DNA of 64,000 nt from a virus (taxonomy: Duplodnaviria > Caudoviricetes), in the IMG/VR virus record IMGVR_UViG_3300027852_000032, positions 64,001-128,000 of that record; one strand, given 5' to 3'. Under the pieces are notes generated by a model. That model searched no databases and was not told the DNA's origin. It saw only the letters and a list, made by a program, of their open reading frames with translations. This document shows, one piece after another, positions 9,192 to 18,217 of this stretch. Within the stretch, counting starts at the first letter, position 1, and every line of letters starts with the position of its first letter. Made by a program: the position numbers and the translations under genes.

Positions 9192-10559
9192 TTATACCTG
9201 CAATATTTTATCTTTATCGAAAGTGGAATTAACTAAGGTCACGGTTAAACCATCATCGACCACTAAATCGTATGTGTTGTCCGTAGCAACATAGTTAGTC
9301 ATTTCCATCGTAGCTTTAAAATAGAAACCTCTTGTGCAGTTAAAGACCTGAATACCGTCTATAGACTGAGGGGCAACGTAGACGGTACCTATGTAACCAT
9401 CTCCAGTGGGATCATGGAATTTGCAATCTTTAATCTTCAGGGTAGAGCTTCTGAATTCGATATTTTCACACGTGTCGAAGTCACAATCGATAAGATCAAT
9501 CTCACCTGCACTACCCGCGGCCAGACCGAAAAACACGTCTTTCCATCTATAGAATTTTGAAGCGTACGCCAAGAGCTTATTGGTAAAACTGCTTCCGCCT
9601 TCGACAATAAAATCAGCCATTGGGTAATCGGTATCGCCATCAATGGCTACATCCGGTGTGACAAGAGAACAGCCATTCACGGCATAACTGCCCTGGGTCT
9701 GGACATCTTTTTTCCCAACTCTCAGAGTAGCATTATTTTTAACCCGCCAATCATGTTGAGCAGCTACACTGAACTGATTGTTAAAAACAAAGGTATTCTC
9801 CACTGCAAAATAAGTTGCTGTTGTTCCGTCGCCAAACTGCATTCCGTTCCAAAGCTCAATAAAAACATCTCTCAAACCAATTAAACCGTAACCAGGATCG
9901 GTTGATGGATCAGAACCTACAGCATCCCATGTCGATAAACTCTCAATATCAGCAGGGCTGGCGGATGTACCTGCCGTTACCTGTACCGTATTGCCTGATT
10001 TCCACCAGTCAATTGCCAAGTCCGGATCGCCATTCTGAGTGTTTGGGTTTGTGAAATAAAATCTGACTTCAACTACCCGAACCGCTGTTAATGTTGCCCC
10101 GGTTCCCCCCACGGTCGTAGGGTTATCCCCAGAACAAATAAACCGGTTCCAAGAGGCAACTAAGGCAGGGAATAATCCATCTGTCGTATGACCTGTCAAT
10201 TCCCACTCAACGTAATCAGTCCCTGCCGTAGCAGTAGAATAAACCCGAACTACAATCGAATCTGATGGACCTAAGACCTGTTCTGATTTTGCAGTATAAT
10301 AAAACCACCAAGTGAAATCGTTTGCCGTCCAGTCAATCGCGCTATCAACAGTCAAAACACGGCGGATATAACGCCAGGCATTTGAGCTGCTATAATCAAA
10401 CTCAATTAAGTTTGAGCCCTGCTTCCTATTATCCGTAAAGTCATTCCCTGCGGAAAAACTAGACATATCATCCGCAAAGCCGGTTGTGATATCGCAGGTA
10501 TGCAAGGTTTGTAAATCGGTTGTTCCATCCGCCCTTTTATATGAGAATGTTCCAGGCAT
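9192..10559 (-). CDS. Putative virion/receptor-binding protein (beta-sandwich plus beta-helix-like)
   Basis: 455 aa, Trp/Asp/Thr-rich N-half, pectin-lyase-like repeats at the C-terminus. Confidence 0.5.
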   Translation of the reverse strand: MPGTFSYKRADGTTDLQTLHTCDITTGFADDMSSFSAGNDFTDNRKQGSNLIEFDYSSSNAWRYIRRVLTVDSAIDWTANDFTWWFYYTAKSEQVLGPSDSIVVRVYSTATAGTDYVEWELTGHTTDGLFPALVASWNRFICSGDNPTTVGGTGATLTAVRVVEVRFYFTNPNTQNGDPDLAIDWWKSGNTVQVTAGTSASPADIESLSTWDAVGSDPSTDPGYGLIGLRDVFIELWNGMQFGDGTTATYFAVENTFVFNNQFSVAAQHDWRVKNNATLRVGKKDVQTQGSYAVNGCSLVTPDVAIDGDTDYPMADFIVEGGSSFTNKLLAYASKFYRWKDVFFGLAAGSAGEIDLIDCDFDTCENIEFRSSTLKIKDCKFHDPTGDGYIGTVYVAPQSIDGIQVFNCTRGFYFKATMEMTNYVATDNTYDLVVDDGLTVTLVNSTFDKDKILQV

Positions 10560-10562
10560 ATC

Positions 10563-10982
10563 TTATTCCCATGTTTCTATCGTTACCCTTGTGTGGGGTG
10601 TTGTTTGCACCGTAACATGCGAAGGTTCAGATGGACTTGTTCCATCATAAACCAAAACAGTATCGTTTGAGAAAAAACTTTCATTACCTGACGTATCATA
10701 AGCCGTCAGGTTGAAAATATTCTCCCCTTCAATCAAATTTTCAGCAACGATCTCAACACTGGTTGCCGTTGGGTCAGGGACTTCAATAAGAAGTTCTTTT
10801 GCGAGATATACTCTATATCCAGCAAGATCATCCTCCGTATTGGCTGTCCAAGAAACCCGTATACTTTTACTGATCGTATCTCCGGGAGCCGGAAAACTCG
10901 TTTTTTGGAAGAAAAGAAATAAAGATATCACCAACACCAACACTGTCATTATTCTTGTTTTTGTTTTTGTTTTTGTTTTCAT
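10563..10982 (-). CDS. Fibronectin type III domain protein with N-terminal signal/TM segment
   Basis: VSWTANTEDDLAGYRVY...LTAYDTSGNES FN3 signature; hydrophobic N-terminus. Confidence 0.8.
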   Translation of the reverse strand: MKTKTKTKTRIMTVLVLVISLFLFFQKTSFPAPGDTISKSIRVSWTANTEDDLAGYRVYLAKELLIEVPDPTATSVEIVAENLIEGENIFNLTAYDTSGNESFFSNDTVLVYDGTSPSEPSHVTVQTTPHTRVTIETWE

Positions 10983-11014
10983 TATTCTAAATTCCTTTTT
11001 GATTTTTTAGCTTA

Positions 11015-12124
11015 TTATAAATTTGTTCTTACGTCTATTTCTTTAACAGGTGTCCCGTCACTCCAAGCACCCATAAACCTCTGTTTGTCAGTATTACCTA
11101 ATCCGTATTCACGATTTTTATTGTAAAAAGCGGCATCAGTTAGACCGTCAAAAAGCTTCCATAAACCATAATAATCTAATGCATCAATTACTCTTCTTTC
11201 TTGAAAACTTGTTTTTGTTTTGACTATTTTTTCGTTTTCTTTTGGAGATTCTCCATTATATTTTATTGTTTTAATTTCACCATTTTTTTTCGATAAACTA
11301 TTATAATGTGAAACCGGCGATGACGCTGTGAAATGGTTAGCTATTAATGGTGGGAACCCATGTTCATCGGATCTAAGCAATATATAATTTTTATTTTTAA
11401 GAAGGATTTTTGTACTTTCTTTAAAAATCCTTTTGGCATCAATATTTTTAACGACCCTGTCCTTGTCTCCCGCGATAGTCAAAAGTAAAGTATTTTTATT
11501 GATTTTTGCCAAATTTTCTAAAGGGATATTCATCCCCTCTGCTTTTTTCCATGTTACCCCAGGCAAAACGCACATTATAGAACGAGGAGTCGGAAGACCT
11601 TCTTTATTTGCAATAGCCCCCATGTTAGCGGAAATAATACCGCCGACGGAGTGACCTACTACAGCAAATCTAGATAAGTCAGGCTTTACATGCCCTTTCT
11701 CTGTTTGCAGAATCAAAATTGCATTTTTTACCGCTTTGATCGCATTATATGTGAGGTTTTTTGGAGGGGTCATGAGCCCTTTTTGATAGCGAGGAAAGAT
11801 TACAATATTTCTCCGTTTTACGATATGATCTATCCATGCTCCGTAATTACTTGGGGTCATCGCCATCCATCCATGGTTAAATACAATAACAGGGGCTTTT
11901 TTAGGCTCAGGGTTATTTGGTTCAAAAATCCAAAATTCGTCGTTTCCTTTATTGTAATGAAACATAGTTACCGAATTATGCTTATATCTGAATTTATAAG
12001 TATCAACAATTGGTATTTGTGGTTTAAGAGGTTGCTGCGGAGATAGGGTTTTAGTCTCTGCATATGATAAAGACTGAAAAAACAAAATTCCTGTAATGAC
12101 GACGATTAAAGATTTTAAGCTCAA
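11015..12124 (-). CDS. Secreted alpha/beta hydrolase (chlorophyllase/cutinase-like esterase)
   Basis: Signal peptide ending SYA; VIVFNHG oxyanion motif; GHSVGG nucleophile elbow; AGDKD acid; ANH His. Confidence 0.85.
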   Translation of the reverse strand: MSLKSLIVVITGILFFQSLSYAETKTLSPQQPLKPQIPIVDTYKFRYKHNSVTMFHYNKGNDEFWIFEPNNPEPKKAPVIVFNHGWMAMTPSNYGAWIDHIVKRRNIVIFPRYQKGLMTPPKNLTYNAIKAVKNAILILQTEKGHVKPDLSRFAVVGHSVGGIISANMGAIANKEGLPTPRSIMCVLPGVTWKKAEGMNIPLENLAKINKNTLLLTIAGDKDRVVKNIDAKRIFKESTKILLKNKNYILLRSDEHGFPPLIANHFTASSPVSHYNSLSKKNGEIKTIKYNGESPKENEKIVKTKTSFQERRVIDALDYYGLWKLFDGLTDAAFYNKNREYGLGNTDKQRFMGAWSDGTPVKEIDVRTNL

Positions 12125-12159
12125 AGTTCCTCCTTTATTAGATATTCGTTTGGTTGTTT

Positions 12160-12564
12160 TTATGAACTTGTTAAAATTCCAAATAAAGCCGCAATAAATG
12201 TAGCCGCGCCGGTAGACCCTGTATTGATTTTAATCCCAAACGATAGCCCCGAGGCGTAGCTTATTTTTTGAACGGGAACTATCGGGGGTCCGACAGATTG
12301 ATCCGGCTGAGAAATGGCTGTCTGATGGGTAGTTCCTGTTAACCCTGCTAAGGTCACTTGCTGTATCCAGTCCCCCCCAGAAGCATCCCCTCCAAAATCA
12401 GCATCAACCAAACCCGCAAGGGTAGCAGAAACCGTATAAATTTTGACCATATGCGGTACCATAACTTTTCCAGAAGGAACCGTAAAAATAGTCTGTTTTG
12501 TTGTTGTTTGCCCATTGATTGAAACCGCCCCTAATAAGGTCATTGCGTGTTCTCTTAAATCCAT
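12160..12564 (-). CDS. Small tail-associated protein
   Basis: 134 aa, IFTVPSGK motif common in phage tail beta-sandwich proteins. Confidence 0.55.
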   Translation of the reverse strand: MDLREHAMTLLGAVSINGQTTTKQTIFTVPSGKVMVPHMVKIYTVSATLAGLVDADFGGDASGGDWIQQVTLAGLTGTTHQTAISQPDQSVGPPIVPVQKISYASGLSFGIKINTGSTGAATFIAALFGILTSS

Positions 12565-12568
12565 AAAA

Positions 12569-12754
12569 TTACCCTTCCCTTTTTATAATAACATTGTTGT
12601 CCATGCAAACTACTTCATTGTTATGACAAATAATCCTATCTTGGCTATTATTATACATTTCGCGATCAATAATCTCCATGTCTGTTGTCATTATAACGTC
12701 CCATCCAGTGACACCATAATCAATTGTATGTAACCCATAATTTGTTGTCGCCAT
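12569..12754 (-). CDS. Small tail fibre N-terminal-like protein
   Basis: MATTNYGL...W...N/DMEIID pattern typical of phage fibre N-termini. Confidence 0.55.
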   Translation of the reverse strand: MATTNYGLHTIDYGVTGWDVIMTTDMEIIDREMYNNSQDRIICHNNEVVCMDNNVIIKREG

Positions 12755-12760
12755 AATACT

Positions 12761-15700
12761 TTACTCCTTTATGCAGGTTATCTGGACTTGTGATGATTCG
12801 TAAGTCGTTTCATTTACTGTTCTATAGTTTAAAACCTTACATACAACAACATCGGCAAGTGATCCGTTGTCTGTAATATTCATAGCCGATGTATAAGTCC
12901 ATGTATCAGAATCAACATCTGTTGTCGTTCTCATTAAAACGTCGGATACCCATATTTCAACTTCAAAATAACCTTCGTGTTCCCCTGTAGGAAGAATAAC
13001 GCCTGGAATACCTGTACCAGCCCCAAGACCCCGCATTCTTGGGGACCATTCAAGTACAATATCAGATGTATATCCCGGAGTTAATATCTCTCCATTTGCT
13101 GTTAAATTTACAGGGGGGTATGGGGTTTCAGCCTTCCCTTCAAAATTAATATTGATATTGGTTGCGTCGTTAATATCTCCGTAAAGCAACTCATTATAAG
13201 GAACCATTTTAAAGTCTTGTCCCACCCCAGAGATAAAAGTGCTATGCGTGATAGTCTCTGGAGAGTCTCCTAGAAAATAAAAAACAGAATTTTCTTCGTG
13301 AGATTGTTTTTCTGTTCCCATTCTCCCTCTTATCACATTATTAATTTTAAATCGGGAACCTGATATGAGGGTCATTGTTTCAAAAAAGATGATTTCGTCG
13401 CCTAAAAGAGCCACATTAATACTTCCATTAAGCGTTTGGGAGAAAGAAGCATCTTCAATTTGGTTTTCCCCATGTAAGAAATCGACAATTATTCCGTATT
13501 CGTTATCTATTGTAAGTGTATCCTCGGAATACGCCTGAACTAAAACACCATAAGGAGTTATATTTTCTATAGCATCAAACATCAAATAAGATGCTCCGCC
13601 ATCAGATGATATATTGAATTCAAACCCTACATCTAAATCAGATTCAGCCCCTGCGATAGGAAGAACATGAATAATAGAAGCGTCTGTCACCATATCGTAA
13701 GGAAGCTCAATGACTTCTTGGTTTGTAAACTGAATAATAGTGTAGTCAACTTCTTCCTCTGAAGGAGGCGAAGGATCCGAATATTCTGTTATTGTGCTTG
13801 AGGTTGAAAAAAAGTCTTCCGCTGCCTGAATGATAATTTTTTCAGAATTAAGTCCCTCTTCTGTAATAGATAACACACGACAAACCATATTCGATACACC
13901 ATTGTCGACAGAAGAAAATTTAAAGCAATCGCCAGGAGTTAACTGAAAAGAAGGTCTGTTCACAGTTAATTCAAGAATAGCGAATGGGTACGAAACCTTT
14001 TGCAGCGCATTCTTACTTGCCCATACTGCGTACTTGTTTTTGGTAAACAGAGAAAAATCTAATGTTTTTGTTACTATTCTTCTCTGAACCCCATAATTCC
14101 CTGTATCAAAGGCTACAGGATCGCTTGAGGAAGCTCTCAAATTAATGATACTTGCATCTCGATCAAGAAGTGAATAGTTTGACTTAATTTCGTTCAACGT
14201 ATCCGTCCAACTTTTTCTTCTGAAAGATGGTTTTTCAACCAACACATTTTCATCAATTAAAGGAAGGTTATCGACTGAATAATCATCTCTAATTAATTTT
14301 GGATGAAATTTACCATCAACTTGATATGTCATAATACAGTCTATATGTCTGAGCACATTAGAAATATAATTGTTTGCTGTTTTATAATCTCTTACTACTA
14401 AGCTAATCCCCATCCCTTCGGAATAGTTAAATTTTTTCAGCTCCCCTGTATTGGCTATCCCAAAAATAGTTGAATCGTATAAAATTAATGAAGTGACGTT
14501 TGTATCTCCAATAGAAGGAGCTACTTTTATCCAGGCGTCAACACCATTCCATTCTAATAAATACCCTGTGATTTCACCTCTATATAGCTTGTCTCTAAAA
14601 ATAACTTTTTGAACACAACCTGTTTCTCTATATTCATATGCGGGGGCAACCAAAACCCAAGCATCGACACCATTCCATTCTAATAATTGCCCCGATCGAC
14701 ATGATCCGTACAGCTTATCATTATAAACAATCAAAGAATAAATATAGGAATAGTTAGATAATTGAGGAGCGACTTTAATCAAAGAACCTCCTGAAAGCAT
14801 CCATAATTGCGCAGGTATTCCAGAACCTATGTATAAATTGCCATTGTAATTACACATAGAATATATCTCGTTTAAATCTGATGTTGCTTGAGCTACTTTT
14901 ATCCAGGCGTCAACGCCATTCCATTTAAGAAGGCATCTTGATCGTGTACCGTTATATAACTCCCCGTCAAAAACACATAAACAATTTGCAAATGAATTAG
15001 CATAAGGATCACCTGTAAAATCTGGAGCAACTACAACCCAAGTATCAACACCATTCCATTCTAATAATCTTCCTCCATTTCCTGAATACTCTTGCGTTCC
15101 CCCATATAATTTTCCATTAAAAACACATAATGTCCAGATTCCTCCGTCGACAGATATTGAATCCGCGACCGCAACCCATGTCTCATCCCCATCCCATTCA
15201 TATAATTTTCCATCTGTGTATGATCCAAAATATAATTTTTCATTAAATTCGCATAAATTACTAGCCGTATGATGAGGGCTTACATCTGCAACTATTACCC
15301 ATGAATCTCCTATGTTTCCACCGATTGTATCTGCCGTACTGGAAAAAGAAACAGAATCTAGCCATGTAGATGGCAAACAAACCAATTTTTCCAATATATA
15401 CCATAATGCGTGAATTGGATTGTAATCATATTTATCGATAATATGATTATTATTAAAAGGTAATTCTGGGGTTTTCCTTACTACTACCCGCATAGAAGGC
15501 ATTCGTTTTTGATCTATTCCTAAAATGCAATCTTTAAACAGTATCCAAAACAGACCTCTGTAAGGAGTATCAAGTGTCCCGTCAGGAATAACCCCATTAA
15601 CAGCCAAATATGATTCCGTTCCTGCTAATTCAATTGCTTGATCTTGAGTGCCAAAGAAAACGACTACTTCTCCCTGAAGTCTGTTCATATTGCAAGTGAA

Positions 15701-16099
15701 CCCCAAGATTGGGGTAATAGTTTCTTTTCCTCCAGATGCCGGTAAATTTAACTCCCCATTCCATATTACTTTTTCATCTAAAAAAATTGTATACAGGGTA
15801 TCAATTGGACCCGCACAATAGCCTACTCCCCATGTCATATAATACCATTTTCGAGGAACCTTACCCCCTGATTTCCCTCTTTTTTTATACCATTCATTTC
15901 CAAAAAAAAGTAGAGTGCCGTTTAACTGCGATGTTCCTAATACCTCAGGGATCACGGTACCTATTTCATTTTGAGTTAACTGCAAGTCAGGGGTAGGAGC
16001 CCCAGGAGGAGTCGAAGGAGGAAAAAGATAATTATTTGTTACCCAAGAAACAACATAACTTGCAGCAAAATAAAAAAGAGCTCCTAAAAGGGTTGTCAT
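12761..16099 (-). CDS. Tail tip / host-specificity protein (GTA megatron/gpJ-like) with inserted beta-propeller
   Basis: IPEVLGT, GPIDTLYTI, PYRGL, NPIH motifs, VIRGRMGT near the C-terminus; follows the DUF2163 gene. Confidence 0.8.
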   Translation of the reverse strand: MTTLLGALFYFAASYVVSWVTNNYLFPPSTPPGAPTPDLQLTQNEIGTVIPEVLGTSQLNGTLLFFGNEWYKKRGKSGGKVPRKWYYMTWGVGYCAGPIDTLYTIFLDEKVIWNGELNLPASGGKETITPILGFTCNMNRLQGEVVVFFGTQDQAIELAGTESYLAVNGVIPDGTLDTPYRGLFWILFKDCILGIDQKRMPSMRVVVRKTPELPFNNNHIIDKYDYNPIHALWYILEKLVCLPSTWLDSVSFSSTADTIGGNIGDSWVIVADVSPHHTASNLCEFNEKLYFGSYTDGKLYEWDGDETWVAVADSISVDGGIWTLCVFNGKLYGGTQEYSGNGGRLLEWNGVDTWVVVAPDFTGDPYANSFANCLCVFDGELYNGTRSRCLLKWNGVDAWIKVAQATSDLNEIYSMCNYNGNLYIGSGIPAQLWMLSGGSLIKVAPQLSNYSYIYSLIVYNDKLYGSCRSGQLLEWNGVDAWVLVAPAYEYRETGCVQKVIFRDKLYRGEITGYLLEWNGVDAWIKVAPSIGDTNVTSLILYDSTIFGIANTGELKKFNYSEGMGISLVVRDYKTANNYISNVLRHIDCIMTYQVDGKFHPKLIRDDYSVDNLPLIDENVLVEKPSFRRKSWTDTLNEIKSNYSLLDRDASIINLRASSSDPVAFDTGNYGVQRRIVTKTLDFSLFTKNKYAVWASKNALQKVSYPFAILELTVNRPSFQLTPGDCFKFSSVDNGVSNMVCRVLSITEEGLNSEKIIIQAAEDFFSTSSTITEYSDPSPPSEEEVDYTIIQFTNQEVIELPYDMVTDASIIHVLPIAGAESDLDVGFEFNISSDGGASYLMFDAIENITPYGVLVQAYSEDTLTIDNEYGIIVDFLHGENQIEDASFSQTLNGSINVALLGDEIIFFETMTLISGSRFKINNVIRGRMGTEKQSHEENSVFYFLGDSPETITHSTFISGVGQDFKMVPYNELLYGDINDATNININFEGKAETPYPPVNLTANGEILTPGYTSDIVLEWSPRMRGLGAGTGIPGVILPTGEHEGYFEVEIWVSDVLMRTTTDVDSDTWTYTSAMNITDNGSLADVVVCKVLNYRTVNETTYESSQVQITCIKE

Positions 16100-16908
16100 A
16101 TTGTCGTCCTCTGAGCTGGATTTTCAATAGGGATATGTTTAAAAAATAACCCATTAATAACGTTATCAAATTTGTCTCTGCATGTTTCCGCCCTTCCATC
16201 GCACCCCGGATAAGCGTCCACTGTACTTTCATTTATGAGATTTTTCATTTTATACCCAAGAGTCACCGTGTTTCCTTCATGAGCAATGATACCTCTATGC
16301 TCGGCCTCAAAACGAATTTCACCACCTGTAAAATAACCATTATCTTGTAATCCAAAATCCGAGCTCGTTAATTGTGTTTTTGAAGAGTCAAGATCAATCA
16401 CCGTTGTTGTTTTATAATTTTCAATTACAATAGTGCAATTAGCGTCAAAAAGTTTATGGTTGCATGTAACTTGAAACCGCCATTGAGGAATGGGCATCTC
16501 AAGAAACCCCTCAAAACCTACACATTCGATTTCAGCCGCGACTCCTGAAAAAGCGACATTTTTTATTTGACCTAAAAAAAGAACATTCGCTTCAAAAGGA
16601 TCTTGGTCCCTGTGAAGTTTTGAGATAGAAATCCAATAAATCTCAACTGGATTAATCTCAATAAAGTCAGAAAAAGGTGAAGTAATATTAATTGCTTGTA
16701 TAGTCACTTCTGAAACATTCGATTCGCTATTTTTCTCAATTTCACCTTTTTCTATTGTTACGGGGGTATAAGTATTTGACTCAAAAATGATGCTATTATC
16801 TCCACTGGTGTAATAAAAATGCTCTTCCCCTTCCCTCCAAATATGGTAAATTTCAGCGGGCTTTCTTTGAGAGCTCTCTTCTTTTTCGATATAAGCTTCT
16901 GTTACCAT
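16096..16908 (-). CDS. Tail hub protein, DUF2163/BR0599 family
   Basis: QVTCNHKLFDANC, GYFTGG, YPGCDG...C.DKFDN Cys motifs. Confidence 0.85.
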   Translation of the reverse strand: MVTEAYIEKEESSQRKPAEIYHIWREGEEHFYYTSGDNSIIFESNTYTPVTIEKGEIEKNSESNVSEVTIQAINITSPFSDFIEINPVEIYWISISKLHRDQDPFEANVLFLGQIKNVAFSGVAAEIECVGFEGFLEMPIPQWRFQVTCNHKLFDANCTIVIENYKTTTVIDLDSSKTQLTSSDFGLQDNGYFTGGEIRFEAEHRGIIAHEGNTVTLGYKMKNLINESTVDAYPGCDGRAETCRDKFDNVINGLFFKHIPIENPAQRTTI

Positions 16909-18123
16909 TTAATCTACCTCCGTTTCTTCAAGCAATAATCGAAAATTAAAATCAATTTGAGAAGAATAAAGCCCTTCAACATAATTAACTTTTACTTCAT
17001 CTATTGAAAAGCAAACTAACATTAAAAAACTCACACTCATATCAGCAAGTTCTTCCGTTGATACTGAGGTTCCTATAGCCTCAGATAAAGTTATTTCCTC
17101 TCCCCCAGAACTCACGTCTATAATTTTTTTTTGAGTGACTGATCCATCAGGAAACCGAAAAAAAAGATGTCTTCCTATTACATCTTCATCCATATAAAAA
17201 GAAGAATACTCTATATCATCAATACTAACAATATCATCGGCAGCATCAAATGGTGCGTTTATCACGACGTCTTTTGACCAAGTAGAGAGCCAGAACTTCT
17301 GAAACATCCCTTGTTTTGAATCAAAAAAATTAAGTAAATCATGAATATCTTTTTTGCTTGATTTATAAAAAGATAAACCGATATCTAAGTTCGAAATATC
17401 GTAATCTGTTTGAGCATACTCCATTCCGTAAAATTTCATACGCAAAAAAGGATACTCATATGAATATTTTAAAGGAAAAGAAGGAGAAAAACTAAAAATA
17501 TCTAACCCTTCATATGTCTGTTCTCCTGAAACGGGTAAAGTGTACTCAAATGCCCTCTCTTCTTCGTAAGCTTCTTCGGCTTTAATAGTAAAACTTTCAA
17601 CATTTGAAAACACTTGGGAAAAAGAGACAGGGTCAATATGATAATCGTATAAAGGAAGAACGTATGAACCAATTGCCCAACTGGAAACAAGGTTATCTTT
17701 TAATATGATTTCATCTTCTGAAATACTTCCGGAATCTCCAGAAATTGTACAAACCTCGTACAACCGCCAATCAGTTGGATTGATAATAATAACATCTCTT
17801 TCTTCGTGAAATTGCCTATAAGATGTCTCTTTTACCTGAAGGCTTGTTTGACCAGAAGAAGCCTCAACCTCTAATGTTGTCAAGTCCCACCAACTTGGAA
17901 TAGCCCAAATTGATGCCCCGTATTTAAGAACATTTCTTTTTAAATAATTTATTTGGCTCGGGGTCTGATTGAAAAACTTACCTTGAAAACTAAAGTAAGG
18001 CCATGTCCTGAGGGCTGATCTGACCACTTTCCCTTTTATCGTTTTGAGGGTCGCCGTTTTCCATATATGAGAAAATGATACGAATTTAGGCTTAATCGTT
18101 AATACAACATCAGAAATTGTCAT
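16909..18123 (-). CDS. Distal tail protein-like
   Basis: W.T..L....G...R.ALR..P N-terminus and FF....G....FW motif; immediately after the tape measure gene. Confidence 0.65.
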   Translation of the reverse strand: MTISDVVLTIKPKFVSFSHIWKTATLKTIKGKVVRSALRTWPYFSFQGKFFNQTPSQINYLKRNVLKYGASIWAIPSWWDLTTLEVEASSGQTSLQVKETSYRQFHEERDVIIINPTDWRLYEVCTISGDSGSISEDEIILKDNLVSSWAIGSYVLPLYDYHIDPVSFSQVFSNVESFTIKAEEAYEEERAFEYTLPVSGEQTYEGLDIFSFSPSFPLKYSYEYPFLRMKFYGMEYAQTDYDISNLDIGLSFYKSSKKDIHDLLNFFDSKQGMFQKFWLSTWSKDVVINAPFDAADDIVSIDDIEYSSFYMDEDVIGRHLFFRFPDGSVTQKKIIDVSSGGEEITLSEAIGTSVSTEELADMSVSFLMLVCFSIDEVKVNYVEGLYSSQIDFNFRLLLEETEVD

Positions 18124-18217
18124 TTGCCCCCCCCCTTTTTAAATACCCCTGAGAAACGCTCTCTATGGCCTTGCGGGCTGTTTAAAGTTTTCCGAAGGTA
18201 TTCGTTCGTCTTTTTGT

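Noticed and set aside
14420-15310. Diversity-generating retroelement TR/VR pair
   Set aside because: The repeats are in-frame propeller blades, no adenine-specific pattern was evident, and there is no reverse transcriptase in the window.
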